A stretch of 64,000 nucleotides of DNA from Chrysomallon squamiferum (Eukaryota > Animalia > Mollusca), in the NCBI GenBank assembly GCA_012295275.1, contig CM022665.1, positions 37,820,001 through 37,884,000 of the forward strand, given 5' to 3'. The position numbers were made by a program, and so were the translations under genes. The notes beneath the pieces are model-generated. The model made no database searches. It had not been told where the DNA came from and saw only the letters and a program-made list of their open reading frames with translations. Below are positions 39,971 to 51,280 of the stretch, piece by piece; position 1 is the stretch's first letter, and each line of letters opens with the position of its first letter.

Positions 39971-40159
39971 ATGAATGCTTTTCAATCTTTGTGGAGTCGC
40001 TATAAAGTTCTGATTGTTATGATTCCATCCATGGTTTTAATCCATTATGGATGGCTTCAGTTACAGTATCATCCTCCTGTTGAAGATGCACCATCAAAAC
40101 CTGTTAAATTGTTTGGCATAACATTCAAGACAGCAGAGGAACCAGCATCTAAGAACTAA
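39971..40159 (+). CDS. 62-aa microprotein, uMKKS1-like (upstream ORF of MKKS)
   Basis: MNAFQSLWSRYKVLIVMIPSMVLIHYGWLQLQYHPP... aligns with recalled human uMKKS1 MSLRNLWRDYKVLVVMVPLVGLIHLGWYRIKSSP (LW..YKVL.VM.P...LIH.GW). Acceptor TTTTTGCAG ends at 39953, A at -3, donor GTAAGT at 40198. Confidence 0.85.
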   Translation: MNAFQSLWSRYKVLIVMIPSMVLIHYGWLQLQYHPPVEDAPSKPVKLFGITFKTAEEPASKN

Positions 40160-40556
40160 CTTAAATTTTAACCTTTTTGTAAATATTTGAAATAATTGTA
40201 AGTATTTGTATTTAAATGTTTAGAATATGATGTTAAAACATGTTAAAAAGTGAAACTGGTATTTAAAAAAGCAATATGTAAATATGTATTTATAAATCAT
40301 AAATGCCAGTATTATTGAATGTTTGTAACCTGCAATAGATTAAGATAATTTATATAGAATTTAATATTATCACCCCCATCCAAACAAAATAAAATATATA
40401 TATATTGTTTAGTAACAATCACTTAAATTTCAGATTATCAAAATTTAAAGTTACTTTTTGTTTACATTGTTAAATGTTGTTGCACATTTTATATATCTGT
40501 TCTGTTGGATTGTTATGATTCTGATTTTTTTTTTTTTTTTTTTTTTTTTAGAAAAA

Positions 40557-40745
40557 ATGTTTAGGAAAATAAAGTTTATCTATCAGCAATCAGCAGCATG
40601 GGTATTCCACAATAAATTGGCAGGATTTGTGGGGATTTTTACAGCAGTGTATTTGGCTACCATTCCTTTCAATCGTCCAAAATTGGAATTGTCGGCAGAG
40701 AGAGCAGAACTTATTAAAAAAGCCAGAGATAAAATAAAAGACTGA
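40557..40745 (+). CDS. 62-aa microprotein, uMKKS2-like (second upstream ORF of MKKS)
   Basis: MFRKIKFIYQQSAAWVFHNKLAGFVGIFTAVYLATIPFNRPKLELSAERAELIKKARDKIKD has a basic N-terminus, one hydrophobic helix and a charged tail. AWVFHN...GIFTAVYLAT parallels recalled human uMKKS2 SWIRKN...ISFIGVHLGT. It has its own poly-T/AG acceptor at 40551 and the same position as uMKKS2 between uMKKS1 and MKKS. Confidence 0.7.
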   Translation: MFRKIKFIYQQSAAWVFHNKLAGFVGIFTAVYLATIPFNRPKLELSAERAELIKKARDKIKD

Positions 40746-40995
40746 AATTTCTAGTATATTTGCTTATTAAGGTTATATAAATTTTGTTTATTTAGAGAAT
40801 ATATTTTATTAGTATCATAAATTAAAATGAACATAAAGATTAATAATATTTAATATTTGTTCTTCAGATGTTTTAAGTGTAATGCTGTTGCATTAAATTA
40901 ATAACAGTATTACAAAAACTTTACCAGTATTTCTTTGCTTTTTGACTTTTATGACATTTTGACTTTTAATGTTGTTTTTGCAGTTTTAACCAGAA

Positions 40996-43690
40996 ATGTC
41001 ACGTCTTTTATCACAAAATATCAGAGGACCAAGCAAACTTCATTTGTGTCACCTGGATGATGCTAAAACACGGGCCTGTCTGATTCAGTTTGGTAATCTC
41101 ATAGGTTCATGTCGAGGTCCCAATGGAAAGGTCAAAATGATCCAAAACAAAGTGGGTGGCCATTTGACCCTTACATCATCATCATCCAGGCTTTTGGCAT
41201 CCATGTCGTTTACTCATCCAATTCTGCAAATAATAGTTGGTAGCACACAAAATCATTTAGCAAATTATAAAGATGGTGGACTGCTGGTGTGTCATTTTTG
41301 TCTTCTTTTGTTAGAGAGTTCTATTGTACAGACTTGGAATCGGCATCTTGTTGTTGAAGTGTATGAGAAATGTTTGGCAAAGATTGAAGAATATTTGAGT
41401 TCTTCAGACTGCACTTGTCAGTTTGACATAAGTTTTTCAAGCATTGAGGAGATGATGTCATTCTTGCATTGCATGCTGATGTCGAAACCATTGTGTTGTT
41501 TAAATGGTAGCAGACTTGATCATTTATCTAAGACAATTCTAAAATCATTTTTAAATTCAGTTCCAGAGAATACAGACAGAACATTTTTTTCTGACAGGAT
41601 GTATATTCAGTGCATTTCGAACTGTGATGTGCTTGACACCAGATCTGAGAAAGGGATTTTGATGTCTTGTCCTGAGTTGTCTTCTGTTTTTGAACAGAAT
41701 GTTGAACTGAAGAAATGTGTCAATGTAGCAGGGTTTTCAAGAACCAAAGTAGTTTTGGTGAATGTCTCTATGTCTGGAGATGCAGAAGAGTTGATGAATG
41801 TCAAATATGAAGCTGATACAGATAATAACATGGAGGAATTTTTGTTGAGTGCGATGCTGAAAATGTGTGGCAGGTTAGTGGAATGTGGTGTTGGAATGGT
41901 ATTGTCACAGAAGGTTATGCATCCCCAAATAAAGCTGTTTCTAAAACTTAAAGGTGTTTTCTTTATAGACAGGATTGGAGCACATATGATGCCCTATCTT
42001 AGGGACCTCACAGGTTTGTTTTACTTGTTCATTATTAACATTGATTAAATTATTAAAACTTTTAAAAGTTGTTTTGTACTGTTACCTTAAAATGTACATC
42101 AGTAATGGCTGTATGAAATCTCTGACTGAAATATAAACACAACAAAAACACTTTAATGCAAATAGTTTTGAATTATATATATAATTATGTTGCTTCTGTT
42201 TGTTTTTTTTTTTTTTTTTTTTTTTAAATGAAATTGATACAGCATATGAATTATACAGCATTTTTTAAAAACAATGTTCATTTTAAAATATTTATTCAGA
42301 CCTGAAATTTGAAAAAGTGAAATTTCATCTTACTCTTTAAATACTGTTGTATTTTAACAGGTGCAACTCCCATTAGTTCTGCATTAATCTCAGATTTTGT
42401 ATCATCCTCATTTGGCTGGTTGGATGATGCTGTTCACTGTGTGATCAATGAAAAAAGTTACGTTCATCTTAGAAATACAGACAGTCCTGTTGTGTCTCTT
42501 ATTCTGTGCAGTCCATTGGAAGAAGTTTGTAGCGAGCTTCAGGTACATTAATTTGTAGTGGTCAAATACTAATTATAGTAATCAATAATTTATGTGTATG
42601 TTTTTAAAACTATTAAGCACTTTTACCTATGATGACTTTATAATAATTAAAATTATGAGAAATAATTAGATGTCCTAATTAAAATACATTAATATTGTTT
42701 TTCCATGTGATCTTAGCAGTATTATTTTTGCTGTGCTAATTAATATATTATTATTATTATATGTTGGTTTGTCCTTTCTGTTCTTAAAGGTACTTAGAGA
42801 TTATTTATCTATAAATTTTTAATAAACTTCTGTTTCCAGTGTTTGTGCTCATCATCTTTGATGACTTTAAAGAGGCTTGTTAACAACAGTTCAGTTTTGT
42901 GTGGAGGAGGATGTTGGCAGAGTCACCTTGCAGCTTTCTTACGATCCCAGGTACAATTGACAGATATTATTTATGAAATAAATACACAAAATATCTCTAC
43001 TTTTTCAAATAACTTTAGTGTGGGCTTTTTCCTGTCAGAATGTTTTGATCTTAAATTACGTTTCTCAATTAACATTTAATGTTATGTCTGAGAGATCATA
43101 TTTTATTTTATTGCTTTAGAATTTATTTCTTGATACTGCATAATCTCAAATGAAGTAAAACAATTTCAAGACTATTTTTATGCTAATGCACCAAACAATG
43201 CATTTGTGTTGGGTTTTTCTTGCATGGATTCAGAAAAAATACATTTCACTTTTTATTTCTTCAGAAAGATGACATCTCAAAAGAAATGGATGTTCCAGAA
43301 CTACAGGTTTCAGAAATTGTTGAAAATTTTGCCAGATGCTTGGAGAAATCTGCTACAAGTCTAACCCAGGATCAGAAAATACACAAGTTGGATAATAATT
43401 ATCACCATCTATGGAAGACATCTCATGGTGGGACATTGGAAAGCAGAAGAAATGTTCTTACGTGTTCCTGTGGTCTCTTGTCAACTGACCAGTCTGATGA
43501 CCTCAAATATTTGGGCCATGCCACTTCTGAAAAGTCTGACTGCAACTCAAAGCTTTTGTCCAGCCTAAATGTAGAAAAAAGTCCACAAATTTTAGACTGT
43601 CTGGCTACTGTAATGAGTGCTTTACAAACAGCTGTTTATACATCAAACAGCATTTTAATGACACATCAGTTTATTCAGGATCAAAGTTAA
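40996..43690 (+). CDS. MKKS: McKusick-Kaufman/Bardet-Biedl syndrome 6 chaperonin-like protein
   Basis: Exons 40996-42013, 42361-42542, 42840-42950 and 43265-43690. MSRL start, GPNGKVKMIQNKVGGHLTLTSSSSRLL..THPILQII..QNH, SQKVMHPQIK..FIDRIG, LCGGGCWQSHLAAFLR and CSCGL match the MKKS group II chaperonin-like family. The layout of one large plus three small coding exons is as in vertebrates. Confidence 0.95.
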
Positions 43691-46600
43691 TCTCTGCCTT
43701 CAGAATGTAATTTAGACATTTGAAAAATTATAAAACAACCTCCCCACACAAAAAAACCAGCAAATTAACAATACTGTCCATATTGTTGGAATTGAGTGCA
43801 CTGTATGTTTTATAAACAAAATTTAGTTGAAGTGAATTTATATATTTGCATTAAAATTTGAAAATATTCTAGACATGAAAGGTAATTAGCATCTACTTCA
43901 ATTAAAATCAGTTTACAGTTTTGATAAATAAACTAATCAGAATATGTGGTTTAAACTGTGTAAATTGTTTTCATCATAAATGTAATTATTCAAAACAATT
44001 TTCATATTTTTCAAAGGGACATTTAACACTTTTGTCCATAACTGCAAGATTTGTGGGGTTTTTTTTGTTGTTCTTCTTCTGTTCAAGCAGTTTATAATAA
44101 TTATAATATTTGGAATTTAAAATTTAAAAGCACATAAAGATGTATTTAGTTTGGATGAATGCAAGTTTGTGAAACAATCGAATTGGTAAATTGTATATTT
44201 AAGAACCATTTACAACATGTTTTTGCCTGAATGGATAATTTTTGCTTTCCTTATGCCATTTTGATACTTAATGCTTTAATATTTAAATATTTTATCATTT
44301 TTATGTTCATTTATATCTATTTTGAAACACGATTTGGTTCTTAATATATATTAAGAAAGGCACTGCCTCTTGTTCAAAAGGGGAAACTGTTACAAATGTC
44401 ACTTCTTTTCAGCATATTTTAAAAATACATTTAACACTTAAATTCACTTTAATAATTGCTAACCACTGCTGGTATGAAATGAAATTTTAGTGTTTGTGTC
44501 ATCGGTGTGTATTAAAGCTGAGTATTTCTTCTGCTTCGGTTTTTGTTTTGTTGTTGTTAAAATGATTATTACAAAAATCAGTATTCAAAATAAGTTATTA
44601 ACACAATATACATACTAACATGTGTTGCTATTCCTAAATAACTGCATGCAGAAAAACAAATATTGCATTAAGTAACTGGTTTACTTTCATCCAAAGGAAT
44701 AATCCCATAGGATGAAAACAATATAATTTCAAGGATAAAATAAGAGTGAAAAAAGTACACAAATCGGGTAAATTTAAGGAATTGTGAATTCATTGTTTTA
44801 TTTTGTCAAAAAGAAAAAGCAGCTGCATACAATGTATTTGAAATGCATTATGGCACAACTAGAAATGAAAGATTTGAAATACATTGTAAATATAAAATGC
44901 TGTGGAGATGAAACATATTTCAGAACATGAAATTTAGTACAGGTCAACCATCACTAATCCGGCACAAATTCTGACTACTCATTTCAAATTTCCTCAGTTA
45001 CCTCACTAAACTATCTTTAAAGGAGCTTCTTGCTGCATGAATATTGTTGTTATCATTTTATTTTTCCATTTATTGTTACAGTCTGTTAATCCTAACCATG
45101 GTTTCAATGAATAAAGGAAGTGCTTCTCGTATAAAGAAGAACCACCACACATTGTCTGTAAAAGATAAACTTGTATAAAAAAACTAAAAAAACTTGACAG
45201 TGGTATCAAAAGTAGGACAAAGTGACGAGTTGTTCAAATACATTTATTTGGATCTAACCACTCTGGCATCCTGCAGATCCCAAATGGTGCTGGATAAATG
45301 ATGGAAGACCTGTACTTTTAAAAATTATAATGAAAATTCTTAAAAATATATATGATGTGAGACAAAAGTGAACAAGTAAATATTACTTATAAAACCTACA
45401 TACACGTCTGAAACATATACTGAAATAGTTAAATACCCTTCAGATTATCTGAACAAAATTTATATCCATTAAGAAAAGCCAAACACCACAATTGTTTACA
45501 CACAGATGACCATCACCAGGAAAGGTTGGGTTTTATTTTTTTATTTTCTTTCATAAACATAAACCTTAAGATTGTCTTTTTCTATAGCATCAACCACAAT
45601 ATTTCATACATATACCGGGATAAATTTCAGTTCACATATCATAGATACTGTGTATCACACTATATTGCACAGATGGTTTCAGTTTCCATACCATACCCCA
45701 GGTCACAATTCCTGCAACCCAAAGATTAGTTTTCAGTTAATAAAAAATATATTGTATACATTTTTAATTTGCATAGCAAACCATGTAACATTTATAAACA
45801 ATTTATGTAACAAAACAGAGTTAAGTTTAAAATTGCATATCAAACCATGTAAGTGTTTTGTACATGCTAGACCATGTAACAATATTTTGACACAAAGTTT
45901 CAATTCAAATAATAAACCATAAGACAAAATCATAATGGCTGCCTGCTGTATGTATTCCAAAAAGGATAATCTAACTCTTGCACAAGAGTACAGGCTTCAA
46001 AGAATACCTTTTCAAATCAAATTAGTCAAAAGCATTAATTAAGCTTTTTAAGCATAAAATTAAAATAAAGCACTAAATAAAAGATTTCAGAACGAATGTT
46101 AGTATAACAAGTAATTAAGTACATGATTTATGCCAAGTAATTAACTGGCCATTTACTGGCAATGAAATTTCAATTTATTTTCTTATTATGCAAAAAACTA
46201 AACACAGTTCAAAAACGTATTATTATTTTAAAATTTGTTTGTTTAACAGTTTCTTCCATTATTTTTTTTTTTTATGACCAATCATAAGTAACAACAAGAC
46301 TTACAATAACTATGCAAAAGCATTCACAATTTTTCACAATAAAGGTATAATTTAAAATGACAGAACTGCTTAATAAACCAGTTATTCTCCATTTCAAGCA
46401 TCTAATAATACTAAATATGTGTTACTCAATGTAATAAAATTCAAACATGCTGGATGAATGTTTTGGAATGGTTCGTTTCTACAACTTGTAAGTACTTGTA
46501 AAAAAATATAAAACTTAAAAATATATATAAATGTTAACATTACATACATCACTCACATTTCACACAAGAACAACTAGATATAAAAATCTGGATAAATTTG

Positions 46601-46754
46601 ACACCTGAAACCTGTAAAAATATTCTCTATCAAGCAAAATCATAGTGAATTGCAATTATAAATAAAATTCATTTTAATTAATTCATCAACACTGTTCAGC
46701 TATTAAAAATATATTATGGATTTTTAAGCAGGTTTCCATTCTTGGAAGAAAGGA

Positions 46755-49700
46755 TCAATATGGTCCATGCTTGTTTTTAATTAGGTTGAACTGATCAACT
46801 ACCAAGCCAGACTGAAAAAAAGAGAGAAAAACAAAGACATAATTGTAAGTATAATTGTTTTTTTATTGTCATCAACTTCAGTATCATAGAATAATCTGTT
46901 ATAAATTTCGGCGAAAAACAAGAGAGATAATCATTTAGGTTTGACAAATATTAATAATTAAATTTGTTTAACTCTATCACTATACAAAATAAATATTCAT
47001 GAAAACATGCTTCTCATTCTCCCAACATGTTTTGTTATTCCTGATACAAAATCAGTTAATTTTAATATTATATGAAATTTAACTGATAAACTTTTCAATT
47101 TACTGTAATGAATGAGGAGTACTTATTGTATTATCAATACACTGGAAGCTGTGAGATCCATCAAATAATATGAAATAAAAAAAACTAAACACTTTTTGCT
47201 AGAAAGAAAAATAATTTCAGTGTAGGAAATCTATTTTTCTGCCTGTCTTATACAGACATTAAATTTAAACCGATGATTTAAAATTTTATTTTAGCTTTAT
47301 CATCACATTAATGTCATTATATCTATGGCTATATCTATATTGAGGCAAACACGGCAAATGCTCATACCGAAATTGACTTTTTTTTTTTTTATACAAACAT
47401 TTAATTTAAAAAATATAAAATATAAATGGCTAGAATCGAGGATTTTGCCTCATTTCAAAAAGAGTCAAGTTACAGTCATGATTAATATTATTTTTATTAT
47501 ACCTTGTCATCTGAAACTTGCTGTATTGTAATGTGTGTGCTGTTGTGAATCTTCAGTCTTGTGTATCCATAATCATCATTTCTGAATGCTGACCACGGTG
47601 GTCGATATTTCCTGAATCCATCATGTCTTTCTTTACAGCCCTGAATAAATAAGTAACAGTACTGAGAAGACTGAAATGTATTTGATAAAGGCATACTAAT
47701 CTATAACTTGGAATGATTCTGCATTGATTTTAATTATCATTTATGTTAAAAAAACACCAGATTATTATGGTGAAGATAACTTGTTAGTATATTAACAGAA
47801 ATTTTCAAACAGAACTATATATATGTTTACTGTACTTTGTACAGCATGATAAATAACTGAAAACAGCACAATATCCATTACAAATTGACCATCTTGACTA
47901 AACTATCCAAAGAAATTTATAAGATAATAAGAACATTTAAAATGACCCCAGAGGATGATTCAATCCAAATACATCACTGATGAGATATTTTTAAGTTCTA
48001 AATCACGTATTTTAAAGACATTAACTTACTGCTGATCCAGTGATGATGTGAACAGGTGCTGTTGGATTGGTGTAAGGTTCATTGTAACTGCCATTATACA
48101 CCTGAGAAATTAAAAATTACAACAGAGAAATTCATCACATTATGTAATTATAGCAACATGAAGGACAACATGAGTCAATAACCTTAACATGTAAGACTAA
48201 TTTTTACCTCTAAAATGAATGGATACATATGCAAATGTAAATTTATAAGTCTTATTTGAAAAGGTATTCACATTTAATGAACTGTAAATGAATTCTAATT
48301 TGGATAACTCATATTTTCACAAGCCAAATAACAAAATGTTAATATTATAAATAATAACTAATCTTTTCTTTCTAATTTATTTATTTTTTATTTATTTAAA
48401 TATTATCTTCTAAAAGAAGTAAAGCAAGTGTCTTTCACCTGAAATATATATTAATACAAACAAAATTCCTACATAATTGGTTTCAACATTTTAAAAATAA
48501 GTATAAAAATAATCAATTTGGCTAGGTTACAGTAACAAATCTAACCAACCTTCCAGTCATAAACAGGCCACAGTCTTTCATAAGAATGTTCGTGGGCCCA
48601 AAATGCCAGATCTACGCCATATCGCTGAAACAGCCTCTCAATACAGAGCCAATGGAAGAACGGAACTCCACACCTGACTAGACTCTCATAGCGCGTGCAG
48701 TCATCAGTGTCATTGTTAGAACAGTACATTGGTCGATGACCAAACACAATGATCCAAGGATGTCTGGCTCGGAATTCAGGTTGTGAAACAAGCTAGGAAA
48801 GTATAAGAATATTATATTATTTGTGCATTTAAATCAAACAAAGAAAAGTTATCCAACTCTGACACTTGAATCATTCTATCCATAAAATACACTAACAAAG
48901 GCAAAAATTTTAATTATTATTATTATTCAAATGAGACACACATCTATGGGTTATTTTTTTTAACCCCTTTATTAACTGAATGAATATTTATTCTTAACAA
49001 CTTTATCATGAATATGATTTATTACATTTTGTCCCATGCCTCTTCATAGTGACTTATCTAAAATCATAATTATTTTTTCCATAATGACCTTTCAGAAGAG
49101 GCTAAGGTATGTTTTCCTTTGTAACAAGTTTTTAATGTTTATTCTTTGAATGTAAATTTTTTTACTCATTGATGTCATAATATATGCTGACTTTCAAATG
49201 CTGTTCCAGCCATGTGAACTGTCTGTAAACTTGCTCAACTCCAAACTGAAGGAAGAAGTAGTATTCTGTTGATATGGATATGAAGTGAGCAGGGCCCATG
49301 TCAAAACTGACAAAAAAAAAATACTTCTTAAACAACAAATTAACAGTAATTTAGCATTTTAACTTTAGGTCATAAAAACAAGAGAAAAAAGACAGTCTTT
49401 GTGCCTTTTTATGAATTTCTTATTTTATTTTTATTTTGCTATCATCAAACATTGACTAAACAAATTATATTTAGATTGTATGTTTTTATAGACTCAGGTA
49501 TAGTTCAAATTAAATGTTCTACCTGTAATACATATTTGTACTGTCTTCATCTCCTGGCATTGTGAATCGATTCTTGTAATTAGAAAAATTGCTGAAAAGA
49601 TAAAAATTTGATGACACACCACGATAAAAAAAATAGACCAGTCAGCAACTGGGTTTCAGATAAATCCAAGAAAACATGAAATCTAAATTTACATTAAATG

Positions 49701-51246
49701 ATTATAAAAGCAATTTCATTATAATTTCTCTTTCACAGAAAATGTTTTAACTGTAGTTTTAAAATCATCAGTCAAACCTGAAATGACTTTTTGAGAACAC
49801 TTTCATGTAAATAAAAGATTATTCATAAAAACATTATTATGAGATATACAGAGTTCGTACATCTTGGGCTTTCAAAATTTCCATAACTTTTCCAAAACTT
49901 TCCATAGCCCACAAATCTAAATTTCCAAAACCATTTCCAAGGAAACTCAGTTAAAACAAAGTGTTTTCATTTAGTTTTTAGACATGTTTGTCAGAGTTAA
50001 AACTTTTACCTTGACTAAACTGCATGATATAGATGTAGAATTAAAAGTAATAAAAAAAATTAATGTAATTTACTTTGGCTTTAATAAAATGCAGTTTTAT
50101 TTTTGGAGCTGACATGTCTGTGATGATATGTAAGGCAGATTGCCAGAAATATGAATACAGAAGTATTGCTTCACAAAAAATTTTCGTGTTCCTTTCTTCT
50201 TATTTAATTAATAACCCATACCGTTAAAATGCCCCAAATCCTACTTCTTATGAGTTTGTGGTCTGAATTATCAGTTGGACTTCTCTCTCAGTTTTATTGT
50301 TACACAATTTATGACCTCAATTTCAAGGGCTTTTTGGCTATCACAGTCTTCCTGAACTATTAGTTTTAGTCAAACAATTTTCGTTGGCTATGCTATAATG
50401 GCACCTCACTCGTGATGACAGCTTGACTTAATCTTTTAGGATCAGGCTAAAATGGAACCACTACCAAAACAGAACCATTTTCTTTGGCTATGCTATAATG
50501 ACACCTCATTATATTTGCTAAAATGGGGTGTTGTGTTGAGGCTAAATACTGGTGAAACAAACCAGTTTTTAATACATTATATTTACGTCAAGGGCATAAT
50601 TTTCCATAGCCAAGGTAACAAAACCTGATTTTCCCAAAACATTTAAGGTCCTGGAAAAAAAATGGTGATGAATTTCCAGAACCTTCCAAGACACATACAA
50701 ACACTGGATTATTGCAATAGCAGCTGTGTGATACCAATGTTCACATGCAAATGTTGTCCTGGAACAAACATTTGTAATGTTTTTCAGTAGCTGGCATTTG
50801 AGCACATGATATTGTTTTACATGTGACTGAAACATATGACATTTGTTGAATAAATCTACATACAAATATCTAATTGTCTATGAATTTTACTTTAAAAATG
50901 CTATGTACTTTTGTTCCAACCCAATAATTATATTTATATCAAATCCTGAATACTGTGATGTAGATACACAACATGATCAATACATGCAAAACACTCACTA
51001 AGTAGCTTCATGGTTCCCAGGACATGTCATGTAAGGCACATGAGCTGCAACTGATTGTATCTTCTGCATAAATTCATCACCAACAGTACCATTTTGCTGC
51101 AACAGCAATATGTATATCTCCCAAAACATTTTACTTTTTTATTAAAAAAAATAATAATAAAAAAATAATAAATAAACAAAATAAAATAAAACTGCAACTA
51201 AATTAAAAGTAATACTAAAGTGATAAGATGTTTAAAAAGTTTTTAT

Positions 51247-51280
<34 letters not shown>

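Noticed and set aside
39920-40556. Longer 79-aa and 95-aa ORF-track versions of the microproteins
   Set aside because: The extensions start at TTG codons and run through intronic polypyrimidine tracts; the true ATGs are at 39971 and 40557.
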